A stretch of DNA of 64,000 nt. Source: an uncultured Chloroflexia bacterium. GTDB taxonomy: Bacteria; Chloroflexota; Limnocylindria; Limnocylindrales; CSP1-4. Below the pieces are notes generated by a model. The model saw nothing but the letters and a program-made list of their open reading frames with translations. It had not been told where the DNA came from and did no database searches. Shown here piece after piece: positions 28,080 to 37,631 of the stretch (positions are counted from its first letter, which is position 1; every line of letters starts with the position of its first letter). The position numbers and the translations under genes are program-made. Location: the NCBI GenBank assembly GCA_963735865.1, contig CAVTML010000002.1, forward strand, positions 1,714,917-1,778,916, in the 5' to 3' direction.

Positions 28080-28859
28080 TCAGGCCGGCGTGGGGGCCGG
28101 GGCGGGCATCGCCGCGGCCGGGGCCATCGGATTGCGCCACGGACGGAACCAGCGCTGCGGATACCAGCGCCCCTCGACGCGCGCCTGGATGCCCAGCAGC
28201 TGCCGGCGCACCATGACGAAGACGCCCAGGCCCATGAAGCCGCCGAGCATCTCGGCGATCTGGCCGGTCATGGGGGTGGCGATGCGGAAGCGCTCGATGA
28301 GCCTGGTATGGCCACCCTCGAGCGGCTCCAGGAAGAACGTCCAGGTCGCCCGGAACTGGCCGGGGACCATCGTCCCGAGCGCTGCGCTGGTGGCCTTCAG
28401 GTTGACCGAGGCGGGCTCGGCCGGCCTGGCGGCCTGCTGGTTGACGAGCTCGTCGTCCAGGTAGAGCACGAGGGCCCGCTCGGGCTCGAGCTCCTTGACC
28501 AGGAACCCGCCGCCCGGATGGGTCGGCATGAGGTCGCCGACGGCCAGCGTCTGCAGCTCGGGCACGAGCTCGTGGGCGCTGGGGCGGTCCATGTCGATGG
28601 CGTCATAGCTGTACCAGCCGGCGCGCCCGTAGCCCATCTGCATGAGCCACGGCCAGACGGTCTCCGGCGGCGCGGCGATCTCGATGCCGCGCGTGTCGCT
28701 CGCCGTGGGGTCGGCGATCAGGTCGTCACCGGGGAGCGGTTTGGCGGTCTCGAGCGGGTCGATGCCCCACGTGCGCGCCACCCGGCGCGTGCCCACGAGG
28801 GTGATCGTGGCGGTCGCGGCGATGATGCCCGCGCCACCGATCAGGATCTTCCGAAGCAT
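28080..28859 (-). CDS. SRPBCC-family (polyketide cyclase/dehydrase-like) protein
   Basis: ORF 28080..28859 (-). Motifs: PPETVWPWLMQMGYGRAGWYSYDAID...LQTLAVGDLMP...FLVKELEPERALVL. Confidence 0.65.
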   Translation of the reverse strand: MLRKILIGGAGIIAATATITLVGTRRVARTWGIDPLETAKPLPGDDLIADPTASDTRGIEIAAPPETVWPWLMQMGYGRAGWYSYDAIDMDRPSAHELVPELQTLAVGDLMPTHPGGGFLVKELEPERALVLYLDDELVNQQAARPAEPASVNLKATSAALGTMVPGQFRATWTFFLEPLEGGHTRLIERFRIATPMTGQIAEMLGGFMGLGVFVMVRRQLLGIQARVEGRWYPQRWFRPWRNPMAPAAAMPAPAPTPA

Positions 28860-28943
28860 GGCAGTACCTCCTGCCCGCAGCCTCGCCGCTCACCCTGCCG
28901 GTCGCAAGGGCCGTGAGTCACGAAGGGGCGGCGGGGACACCGC

Positions 28944-30996
28944 CTACGTCGCGCGGCGGCCACGGAACGTACCGCTGACCGTCACATGGCCGTCCGCGTC
29001 GCGGTCGTAGTGGAGGGCTTTCCCGCCGACCGTCACGGTGAGGACGAACGAACCGTCATCGCCGAGGACGGCCGAGCCCGTCATGGCCAGGCCCGCCGTG
29101 AACGCGCAGGCCCGCAGGTCGACCTGGGTACCGCTGTCGACCGGCTTGTAGGTGAGGGATCCGCCGGCGTCGCAACCCAGGGCCAGGGCCGTCGACCCGT
29201 CATAGCGGTAGTTGTAGTCGTCGGTGTTGAGGAACTGCTGCTCGATCGACGCGGCGAACTGGCGCGCGGTGCGGTAATCGGCGGCGGCCGGCAGCGGATC
29301 GGCGACGTACGGGTCGGCGACCGCCCCGGCGCACACGTTGACGCGCGTGGCCGGCAGCGTGCCGCCGGCGAGGATAGGCGGTGATGGCGTCGTCGGGGCA
29401 GGCCAGGCCGCGCCCGAAGATGACGTGCGGTCCGCCGGTCTGTACGAACATGTAGGCGTTCGACAGGCGGCCGTAGATCCGCATGGCGTCGGCAAACGGG
29501 GTCGCCGGATCCAGCGTCGCGGTCAGGACGAAGGTCGGGAACGGCTCGTCGGTCAGGGCCGGGACGCGCTGGTCGGAGGCCGGCTGGTTCGGCCACCAGA
29601 GGCAGGGCACGTCGCCGAAGTAGGTGCTTCCCAGGCGCAGCGAACCAACGTCGGCCGCGGTCGCATCGGCGACCCAGGCGTGGAGTCGGACGGTCGGATC
29701 ACCCGCGCCGGGGTAGTAGACGTAGTCCTGGCATTCGACGGCGTAGTACATCGCGTCGGAGTAGGTCGGATCGGGGATCGGGGCCAGCGTCTCGGGGTCG
29801 ATGACTAGGCTGTCGTAGGCGAGCCGCAGCAGCGGCACGTCGTCGCCGCGCGTGGCGGCAGCCACCGCCCGCTGCAGCAGCATCCGGCTGAACTGCGAGT
29901 AGACGTAGCCCGACGCGGCATCGTCAAGCAGCGCGGACGTCAGCTGACGCGTCACGAAGGTGCCCTTGGCCGTCGGGAAGCGCACGTCGAGCGGCGCCGC
30001 GAGGAGCTTCTGGCGCAAGGCGTCGTAACCGGCCGTGACGCCACCGACCGCAATCGCGACGGCAGGTGCCCGCGTCACAGGCGGCGAGGGTCGCGGTCAG
30101 GGCATCGTCGAAGGCCCGCACCTCCTCGCGGTAGAAGGCAGGGCCGTCAAGCGTCAGGTCGACGGGGCCGTCGAGGAACAGCGAGGCGACGTGGTGGGGT
30201 GCGCGCGGCGTAGGTCTGCACGTACTGGGTGCCGTAGCTCTCGCCGTACAGGGCGATCTTGTCGACGCCCAGGTACTGGCGGAACGCCTCGAGGTCCTCC
30301 ACCGCCTGCCGCGTCGAGTAGTAGGGCAGGTCGGCGGGCACCGCCTTCGTCTCGGCCAGGCAGGCGTCCACGTAGGTCTTCGCGTCCCGCGCGGCGCCAT
30401 CGAACTGGGCCGGATCGAGCGGATCGTTGGTCGCTCTGGTAGTAGGTCGCCGTCGCCACCGGGCAGCCCAGCGGCTGTGACATGCCGACCCCGCGCTGGT
30501 CCAGGAAGACGATGTCGTAGTAGTCGGTGAGGGGCGTCTCGAAGGTCGAGGTGTAGTCATCGGCGCTGGCGATGCCGCTGGTGCCGGGGCCGCCGGTGAT
30601 CGTGACGAAGACGCCCTTCCGCTCCTTGGCTGCCTTCTTGAGGGCGAAGGTCACGTCCCAGGTCGGGCCGCCCGCAGAGAAGTGGTCACGCGGCACCGCC
30701 AGCGTGATGCAGGTAAAGGCACTCTCCGGACACGGCTTGGTGCCCACGAGCTGCCATGGCGGGGCGCTCGGGCTGGGGGCGACGGCCTGCGAGGGCGCTG
30801 CGGTGGGAGCGGCAGGGCTCGCCGCGGGCGTGGCGCTGGCGACGATCGACGGACCTGGGCTTGCCGGGGCGAACGTCCACGGTCCGGCGGTCGTGGTGCT
30901 GCCGCACGCGGCCACCAGCAGCAGCGTGCACGCCGTGGCCACGATCCGGCCGAGCGGACGAACGCGACGCCACGGGGCCGTGGCAACGGCACGCAT
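28944..30996 (-). pseudogene. secreted S33 alpha/beta hydrolase (tripeptidyl-aminopeptidase-like lipoprotein) disrupted by four frameshifts
   Basis: Five overlapping minus-strand ORF pieces in successive phases reconstruct one protein: 30154..30996, 30147..30560, 29924..30400, 29200..30078 and 28944..29495. The reconstructed features are a lipobox (LLLVAACGS), VFVTITGGPGTSG, the nucleophile elbow ALYGESYGTQY, LFLDGPVD, and a C-terminal CPDDAITAY/LAGGTLPATRVNVC. Confidence 0.8.
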
Positions 30997-31079
30997 CGCG
31001 GCATGGTAGCAACGGCCGACCCCGGCTGGAGGGTCGTCCGAGCGGCTTGGTCAGCGGGTCGCCGCCCCGCGAGCGATGC

Positions 31080-31409
31080 CTACTTGTTCTTCGTCCCCGG
31101 CGCACGGTACTGGGCGTCCACCTTGGCGGCGGCGTCAAGGTCAGCGGCCGTCAGCAGGACCGTCGTCGACGAGGTCACCGCGCCGGTCGCGCTTACGGTG
31201 AGGCTCAGGGCGGCGACGGCGGCGTTGTCGGGCATGTCCGCGATCAGGTAGAAGTCGTGCGGGCCGAACGCCCAGTACATGCACTCGACCTTGCCGCCGG
31301 CGCTCTTGACGAGGCGCTCGACGACCTTCTGGCGGGCCGTGCCACCTTCGCTGAGGACGCCCTTCGCGCCGGCGGCGGTGTAGGACGCGGTGACGAGGTA
31401 CTTGGGCAT
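31080..31409 (-). CDS. GYD domain protein
   Basis: ATG 31409 is in frame with ORF 31080..31562 (-) and is preceded by GAGGAG. Motifs: MPKYLVTASYTAAGAKGVLSEGGTARQKVVERLVKSAGGKVECMYWAFGPHDFYLIADMPDN. Confidence 0.7.
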   Translation of the reverse strand: MPKYLVTASYTAAGAKGVLSEGGTARQKVVERLVKSAGGKVECMYWAFGPHDFYLIADMPDNAAVAALSLTVSATGAVTSSTTVLLTAADLDAAAKVDAQYRAPGTKNK

Positions 31410-31464
31410 GAGCATCTCCTCGAGGGCACGCCGCGGGTCGCGGTCACCGCATCGTAACGTGCCG

Positions 31465-31842
31465 CTAGGCAGCGGCGGGGACCGGTCCCTCACGCACGCC
31501 GAACACGTTCCCGTCGGGATCCTTGAACCAGGCCGCGCGCGCCGGTCCGATCTGGGCCACACCGTTCACCGTCTTGGGCGCCTCGTATTCCTCGAAGGTG
31601 ATACCCCGCCCGCGCAGGTCCGCCATGACCGCGTCCAGGTCGGTGACCTCGAAGTGGGCGACCGTCTGGCCCACGTTCGGTTGACCACGTCGCACGGAGA
31701 TCTGGCCGCCGGCCACGCCGAACCGGATGGCGAACGGCGCGACGTCGAGCACCGCGAGGCCCAGGCGCGTCTCGTAGAACTCGCGGGCGACGTCCAAGTC
31801 GGTGACCGCTACCGTGGTCACGACCATGAGCGTGTCGATCAT
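31465..31842 (-). CDS. VOC (glyoxalase/bleomycin-resistance/dioxygenase) family protein
   Basis: ORF 31465..31842 (-). Motifs: VAVTDLDVAREFYETRLGL...HFEVTDLDAVMADLRGRGITFEE...WFKDPDGNVFGV. Confidence 0.8.
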   Translation of the reverse strand: MIDTLMVVTTVAVTDLDVAREFYETRLGLAVLDVAPFAIRFGVAGGQISVRRGQPNVGQTVAHFEVTDLDAVMADLRGRGITFEEYEAPKTVNGVAQIGPARAAWFKDPDGNVFGVREGPVPAAA

Positions 31843-31926
31843 CTCCAGGCCTCCAGCTCGCTGCCGCGGGCCGTTCGGTTGGCCCTGCGACCATCGTAGC
31901 GGCCTTCAGCAGCGAGACTGAACTCC

Positions 31927-32493
31927 ATGGGCAGGCTCATCTACTCCATGTCGGTCTCCCTGGATGGGTTCGTCGAGACGCCGAAGCGGTCGCTCGACTG
32001 GGTCCGCGTGGACGAGGAGTTCCACCGCGTCTTCAACGACGAGGCGCGGGCGATGAGCGCCTTCCTCTACGGGCGGCGCATGTACGAACTGATGAGCGCC
32101 TACTGGCCCACCGCCGCGATCCAACCGTCCGTCACGCCGGTGGAGGTGGAGTTCGCCCGCATCTGGACGGCCACACCCAAGGTCGTCTTCTCCCGGACGC
32201 TCGAGGAGGTGAGCTGGAACAGCCGCCTCGTGCGCGACGGGGCGGTCGAGGAGGTCACCCGACTCAAGGCCCAGCCGGGATTCGACATGGACGTGGGCGG
32301 GCCGACCCTGGCGTCAGCCTTCATCCGGGCCGGCCTGGTCGACGAGTACCGGCTGGCCCTCCATCCCGTCGTCCTGGGCGGCGGCACGCCGTTCATCCCG
32401 CGCTTGGATGATCGGCTGGACCTGCGGCTGCTGGAGGTGCGCACCTTCCAGTCGGGCGTCGTCTACCTGCGGTACGGCTCCCGCCCGCGATGA
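31927..32493 (+). CDS. dihydrofolate-reductase-like (RibD C-terminal domain) family protein
   Basis: ORF 31927..32493. Motifs: MGRLIYSMSVSLDGFV...FLYGRRMYELM...GGPTLASAFIRAGLVDEYRLALHPVVLGGG. Confidence 0.8.
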   Translation: MGRLIYSMSVSLDGFVETPKRSLDWVRVDEEFHRVFNDEARAMSAFLYGRRMYELMSAYWPTAAIQPSVTPVEVEFARIWTATPKVVFSRTLEEVSWNSRLVRDGAVEEVTRLKAQPGFDMDVGGPTLASAFIRAGLVDEYRLALHPVVLGGGTPFIPRLDDRLDLRLLEVRTFQSGVVYLRYGSRPR

Positions 32494-32497
32494 TCAG

Positions 32498-34978
32498 TCA
32501 CTTCGTGGGGACGACCTCTTGGGGCACCGGGCGACGTGGCGAGCGCTGCCTCGGCGAACCAGATCGCACGTGCCACGCCGGGGCGGGCGCCGGGCGGCCG
32601 AGCAGGTAGCCCTGGGCGAGGGGAACCCCGAGCTCGCGCAACGTCGCCAGTTCCTCCTCCGTCTCCACACCCTCGGCGATCGTCTGGCTCGCTGACGCGC
32701 TCGCGAAGTGCAGCAGCCCAAGCACCAGCGCCTGTCGCGTCCGATCCGCCTCGATGCCGCGCACGAACTGCAGGTCGAGCTTCACGAACGCCGGTCGAAG
32801 CTCGACGATGTGGCTGAAGTTCGCGACACCCGCCCCGGCGTCGTCCACCGCGATGCGCACCTCGGGGCGCAGCCGGCCGATCGCGGCGCGGAGGGCGACA
32901 TAGTCCTGCACGGCGGCGTGCTCCGTCACCTCGAGCACGACCGGCCGATCGGCCCGACGCAGCACGGCGGCGAGCCTTCGGTCGCCGGCCACGAGACCCG
33001 GTGAGACATTCAGGCTGAGCCAGGCGCCCGCCGGCAAGGCCGCGGACGCGGCGATGGCAGCGCCGAGTGTCGCCAGCTCAAGGTCAGCCTCCAGTCCGGC
33101 GACGCGCGCATCGGCGAAGACGAGATCCGGGGCCATGCCGTCGGAGAAGCGGGTCAGGGCCTCGTAGCCAGCCCGCACACCGCTCGCCAGGTCGACCACC
33201 GGCTGGAAGACGGGCTCGAAGGCCCCGGTCCGGATGATCTCGGTGATCCGCGCGTGGACGCTGCCCGCCTCGGTGAGATCGACGACGGCGGGGCCGACCA
33301 GCTCCCCGGCGAAGCCCGCGAACTCCAGCAGAGCAGGGAGCGACTCGGTGAGGTGCGCGACCGCGTCGGCGTCGGGTGACGTGGCCGTCAGAAGCCCGAT
33401 GAGCCTGCCGCCGTGGCGCACCGGCGCATAGGCCATGGCCTTGGTGCCCAGCTCCTGGTGGATCCGATCGTACGGGTGCCATGGCCGACGGGACCAGGCT
33501 TCGACCCACGGGCCCGCCTCCGATCGCTCGCGGAGGATCCGACTGCGCTGGAACGGCAGGTGCCGCAGCTTGACGGGTACGCCATCGGCCCGAAGAAACG
33601 CAAGCGGCAAGGCCGGGCCTTCCAAAGCGAAGTACACGAGGGACGCACTCGCGACCCCCGACAGACCCAGGACCTGCCGGCAGATCGCCTCCGCAGTGGC
33701 CGGCGCCGAGGCGAGGACCCGCAGGTCGGCGAGGGTTCCGGCGATCATCGCCCGCTCGCGCGTGGCGCGATCGTGGCTTACCTCGAGCGCGCGCTCCCGG
33801 GTCACGTCGCGCTTGACCGCCACGTAGCTCGTGATCACTCCCGTCTCGTCGTGGATGGGCGAGATGACGGCTTCCTCCTGGAAGAGACTGCCGTCCTTCC
33901 GCCGGTTGGTCAGGTCACCGACGAACGACTGCCCGTTCGTCAGGGCGGACCACATCGCGGTATAGAAACCGGGCCCCTGCACGCCGCTCTTGAGGATGCG
34001 CGGGTTCCTGCCAAGCACCTCGTCGGACGCATAACCCGTGACCCGCTCGAACGCCGGGTTCACGTACTCGATGGCGCCGGACTTGTCCGTGATCACGACC
34101 GCCTCCGCGGATTGCTCGATGGCGGTCACCAGGCGTCGTCGCTCGGTCTCGCCACGTGCCGCGGCCGCACGCGCGCGAAGGGTCATGACGCCGTTGGCGA
34201 GAGCCGAGGCGAGCTCCTCGAGGAGGGCGAGTTCATCGCCCTCGACGGAGCCAGGCTCCGCCGCGTAGATCACCAGTGTGCCGAAGACGCCATCCGCGAC
34301 CCTGAGCGGGAGCGCCACCACCGACCCGAACCCCCGCTCGAGCATCTCCTCACGCCACGTGAGCGTTTCCTCAGTCGCCACATCGGGGATGAGAACGATC
34401 CGCCCCTCACGGATGGACGTTCCAGCCGGCCCCAGGCTGCCATGTGCTACGTCGTTCCAGCTGAGGCCGATCTGACCGAGGTAGGACCCGAGTGGACCGG
34501 CCGCGGCGACCGGCCTGATCCTTCCCGATGGGTCATCCTCTCGATAGCCCACCCAGGCTCCCAGGAACGCGCCCTGCTCGGTGATGATGGAGCAGAACGC
34601 CTGGAGGAGGGCCCCCTCCTCAGAGCCGCGGATCAACGCCTGGTTCGCCGAGGCCAAGGTCCGCAGCACCTGGTTGAGCCGCGCGAGGTGCGCCTCAGCG
34701 CGTTCGAGTTCGGCGGTCTGCCGCTCGAGCTCGTGCGTCCGGCGGATCCGTTCAGAGCCGTATCGAGCCAGCAGACCGGCCAGAAGCACGCTCGTGACGA
34801 CGACGAACCCCCAGCCCTTGATCGTGGAGAGGGCCGCGAGGGCATCCTGACTCGGGGCGAATGCCTGTGCCACGCGATCGCTGAAGGCGATCCAGGTCGC
34901 CGCCACCACGGCGTACAGGAGCACGATGCCCCGGGCGGACAGGTGCAGACGCTGCTTCAGCTGGCGTGGCGTATGCAA
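32498..34978 (-). CDS. membrane-anchored GAF-PAS-GAF-EAL sensor protein (no GGDEF domain)
   Basis: ORF 32498..34978 (-). It has N-terminal TM helices, a coiled-coil and a GAF-like region. The PAS domain reads AIEQSAEAVVITDKSGAIEYVNPAFERVTGYASDEVLGRNPRILKSG. A second GAF-like region follows. EAL motifs: FQPVVDLASGVRAGYEALTRF, LSLNVSP, VLEVTEH, AVDDAGAG, VKLD, IAEGVETEEE, AQGY. Confidence 0.85.
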   Translation of the reverse strand: MHTPRQLKQRLHLSARGIVLLYAVVAATWIAFSDRVAQAFAPSQDALAALSTIKGWGFVVVTSVLLAGLLARYGSERIRRTHELERQTAELERAEAHLARLNQVLRTLASANQALIRGSEEGALLQAFCSIITEQGAFLGAWVGYREDDPSGRIRPVAAAGPLGSYLGQIGLSWNDVAHGSLGPAGTSIREGRIVLIPDVATEETLTWREEMLERGFGSVVALPLRVADGVFGTLVIYAAEPGSVEGDELALLEELASALANGVMTLRARAAAARGETERRRLVTAIEQSAEAVVITDKSGAIEYVNPAFERVTGYASDEVLGRNPRILKSGVQGPGFYTAMWSALTNGQSFVGDLTNRRKDGSLFQEEAVISPIHDETGVITSYVAVKRDVTRERALEVSHDRATRERAMIAGTLADLRVLASAPATAEAICRQVLGLSGVASASLVYFALEGPALPLAFLRADGVPVKLRHLPFQRSRILRERSEAGPWVEAWSRRPWHPYDRIHQELGTKAMAYAPVRHGGRLIGLLTATSPDADAVAHLTESLPALLEFAGFAGELVGPAVVDLTEAGSVHARITEIIRTGAFEPVFQPVVDLASGVRAGYEALTRFSDGMAPDLVFADARVAGLEADLELATLGAAIAASAALPAGAWLSLNVSPGLVAGDRRLAAVLRRADRPVVLEVTEHAAVQDYVALRAAIGRLRPEVRIAVDDAGAGVANFSHIVELRPAFVKLDLQFVRGIEADRTRQALVLGLLHFASASASQTIAEGVETEEELATLRELGVPLAQGYLLGRPAPAPAWHVRSGSPRQRSPRRPVPQEVVPTK

Positions 34979-35090
34979 GGCTCCCCTGGGCTGATCGCGT
35001 CTCGGTGAGACCGCAGACGCTCAGGCCGGACGATCGACGCCTGCCGTTGTACACGCGGTCGGCGGTTCGCGGCACCGCCCAGTAGTACCG

Positions 35091-35106
35091 GGCTCGCTTC
35101 CGAGCC
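35091..35106 (-). terminator. short GC hairpin (GGCTCG-cttc-CGAGCC) downstream of the esterase gene
   Basis: Read directly, about 18 nt past the stop at 35124. There is no U-tract, so support is weak. Confidence 0.3.
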
Positions 35107-35123
35107 GCCACAGCGGGTGCCGG

Positions 35124-36074
35124 TCAGGGCATCGGATGGGCGGCGAAGAACGCCCAGATGACCGCTGTCCCGTCCAGGTCCGTGGACGGCTGGTCCAGAC
35201 CCAGGACCGTCGCGACGAGGGGATCCATGCGCTTGCCGCCCGGCCACTGGTGACCCGCGCCCGCGACGGTGATGAGTTCCACGGCGCGGCCCCGGGGACA
35301 GCTGGCGACGGTCGTCGTGACGACGCCGGCCGTCGTCGACGCGGGATCGCCGCAGCCGTCGGTCGCCCGCCAGCCGTCGATGACGGTCGACACGGCCGGT
35401 CCGTCGACATGCCCAACCCCTGAGCCCATACCGCCGGCGAACGGCACGCGCGTGTCCGCCAGGCCGTGGATGGCGATCACCGAGGTCGGACTCGCACCGC
35501 TGCAGGGCACGAGCTGCGTCGCTGAGTCGGGTCCGATGGTGGCGAACAGGTCGGTCTCACACGCCAGCCGGTAGGCCATGATGCCGCCGTTGCTGATGCC
35601 GGTGGCGAAGACCCGCACCGGGTCGATCGGCAGCGCCGCCTCGACGGTCGCCACCAGGTCACGGATGAAGCCGACGTCGTCGATGCCCTGCTGCTGGGGC
35701 ACGCCGCAGCACGTGCCGCCGTTCCACGCCTTGGAGATGCCGTCGGGGTACACGACCACGAAGCGGCCCGCATCGGCGGCAGCGTCCCAGCCGTAGGCAC
35801 CCTCCGCCTGGGCTCCGTCGCCGAAGCCGCCGTGCAGGAACACGACCAACGGCGCCGGGCTACCCGCGCTCAGCGAGGCGGGGCGATACACGCGGTACGT
35901 CCGGGTGCGGCCGCCGCTCGTCAGCGTTGCCGCGGACGAACCCACGGGGATGACGCCGGCGGTGGGCGACGCCGGTTGTCCTGTCGTCGTCGACGGCCGC
36001 GCCGCGCAGCCGGCGAAGGCGAACGCGAGCGCAAGGGCGACGAGCAGCCGATGGGCGGCGCGCGAACCGGTCAT
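35124..36074 (-). CDS. PHB-depolymerase-family esterase lipoprotein (LpqC-like)
   Basis: ORF 35124..36074 (-). Lipobox LALAFAFAGC; PLVVFLHGGFG; serine elbow ATGISNGGIMA; IAIHGLADTRVPF. Confidence 0.8.
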   Translation of the reverse strand: MTGSRAAHRLLVALALAFAFAGCAARPSTTTGQPASPTAGVIPVGSSAATLTSGGRTRTYRVYRPASLSAGSPAPLVVFLHGGFGDGAQAEGAYGWDAAADAGRFVVVYPDGISKAWNGGTCCGVPQQQGIDDVGFIRDLVATVEAALPIDPVRVFATGISNGGIMAYRLACETDLFATIGPDSATQLVPCSGASPTSVIAIHGLADTRVPFAGGMGSGVGHVDGPAVSTVIDGWRATDGCGDPASTTAGVVTTTVASCPRGRAVELITVAGAGHQWPGGKRMDPLVATVLGLDQPSTDLDGTAVIWAFFAAHPMP

Positions 36075-36195
36075 CGGCCGATCATCGCCGAGCGCCCGGC
36101 CCGCGACACCCCCCGATCGTCAGCGCGGTGTAAGTCCGCCCGTGCCATCTGGCGGTCAAGCGCTCGGCTACCATCCACTCCCGGAGGCGAGGCCG

Positions 36196-36660
36196 ATGGG
36201 CGGGGCAACAGTGATCGGCCGCGAGTCGGAGCGCGAAACGATCGGGCAGTGGCTCGACCTGCCGCGCCCTGCCGCACTCGTCATCGAGGGCGAGGCCGGC
36301 ATCGGCAAGAGCACCCTCTGGGACGATGCGCTCGAACAGGCGCAGGCTCGCGGCGATCGCGTCATCGCCTGGCGGGCCAGCGCCGCCGTGCTCACGGGCT
36401 TGTTGGCCGGCGCCGAGGTCGAGGCTGCGCTCGAGATCGTGGCCCAGCCGCGGCGCCGTGCCCTGGAGTTCGCCCTGGGGCGGGCCGATCCGGGAAAGGC
36501 ACCCATCGACACGGTGTTCGCGGGGCTGGCGGTCGCCGACGTCCTGCGCACGCTCGCGGCCGAGCGACCCCTCGTGATCGCCATCGACGATGTCCAGTGG
36601 GCCGATCGGGCCAGCCAGGATGCGCTGGCCTTCGCCGTCCGGCGCCTGCGCACGTCTCCG
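36196..36660 (+). pseudogene. N-terminal remnant of a large ATP-binding LuxR-type (LAL/STAND-like) regulator
   Basis: ATG 36196 is in frame with ORF 35905..36795. The sequence reads VIGRESERETIGQWLDLPRPAALVIEGEAGIGKSTLWDDAL (Walker A)...PLVIAIDDVQWADRASQDALAFAVRRL (Walker B). Family-like sequence stops after about 36655. The expected roughly 600 further residues, including TPR and HTH, are absent. Confidence 0.6.
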
Positions 36661-36699
36661 CAACGTACCAGCCGGGAACCGCCGGCACGTCGAATCCCG

Positions 36700-37019
36700 G
36701 AAGGACGTGCCAGATCGCCCCGGCCCCGGGCGCACCGGGCATCTCGATCGGGCTGGAGGTCTGCACGCTGGCGCTGTGCAACTTCGACACCGTGAAGACC
36801 TTCATGGGCGGCGCCACCGTCCCCGGCGTCGGTGACGACGCGTTCTGGGCCGCCGGCTGTGACGGTCCCGCCCTCGTCCCGAACCACCAGCTGTGGGCCA
36901 AGGCCAAGGGCCTGAACTTCGAGCTTACGTCCGCCTGCCACACGGCGGATTCCCTGGCCGCCGACAAGAGCGATCAGACCCTCATCGACCTGATGAACCT
37001 GGCCATCTCGCGCAGCTGA
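36700..37019 (+). pseudogene. C-terminal remnant of an unrelated (probably secreted) protein
   Basis: This is the tail of ORF 35832..37019. It is strongly GC3-biased coding sequence (GISIGLEVCTLALCNFDTVKTFMGGATVPGVGDDAFWAAGCDGPALVPNHQLWAKAKGLNFELTSACHTADSLAADKSDQTLIDLMNLAISRS), with no plausible N-terminus or signal peptide upstream in that frame. Confidence 0.45.
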
Positions 37020-37063
37020 TCGCCCGCGCCTTCGCCGACTCATCGAACCGGCGTACGGGTGCG

Positions 37064-37477
37064 CTACCTCGAGATCGGCCCCCGGGTCACACCGAGTGGC
37101 CGCATGCGGACGAACGTGGTGACCCCGTTGAGGCGCAGGATCAACCGGACCGGCATCGGCATGAGGCGCCGGTCAGGGTCCTCGAACACCTCCGGATCGA
37201 TCAGCTGCATGTCGTGACCCCGCGTCCGCATCTCGCAGCCGCCCGCAGCGAGGACGTTCTTCAGCCACTGCACATCGGATCCGTACGTGAGGGCGAAGAC
37301 ATACCAGCCGTCACGCTCGAAGACGTTGATCGGTATCGAATAGCGCCGACCGCTCTTCCGCCCCAGATAGGTGAGGATCGCGAAGCCAGGTAGCCGCCCG
37401 GCGAATGGCCGGGTCAGTCGGTTGATGACCTGGTTCGTGAAGGGTCGCAGGGATCGCAGCCGCGACTCACCGGCCAT
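37064..37477 (-). CDS. deazaflavin (F420)-dependent nitroreductase-family oxidoreductase (DUF385)
   Basis: ATG 37477 is in frame with ORF 37064..37855 (-) and is preceded by AAGGAGGAA. Motifs: NRLTRPFAGRLPGFAILTYLGRKSGRRYSIPINVFERDGWYVFALTYGSDVQWLKNVLAAGG. Confidence 0.75.
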   Translation of the reverse strand: MAGESRLRSLRPFTNQVINRLTRPFAGRLPGFAILTYLGRKSGRRYSIPINVFERDGWYVFALTYGSDVQWLKNVLAAGGCEMRTRGHDMQLIDPEVFEDPDRRLMPMPVRLILRLNGVTTFVRMRPLGVTRGPISR

Positions 37478-37631
37478 CGGTTCCTCCTTGATGTTGCGGG
37501 CGATCGGCGAAGGCCGTGTCAGCATGGACGGCTCCTGATATCTGCAGATGCGCGGGCGCCGCCGCTGTACGACGCCATGGGCGTCACGACGGAGATCATC
37601 GGGTGGGCACCGGGCCCGATACAATCCGGTC

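Noticed and set aside
28944-30996. Programmed ribosomal frameshifting as an explanation for the broken hydrolase gene.
   Set aside because: Four separate shifts would be needed. None lies at a slippery heptamer or next to an obvious stimulatory structure. No precedent exists for this enzyme family. Pseudogenisation or sequence error is far more parsimonious.
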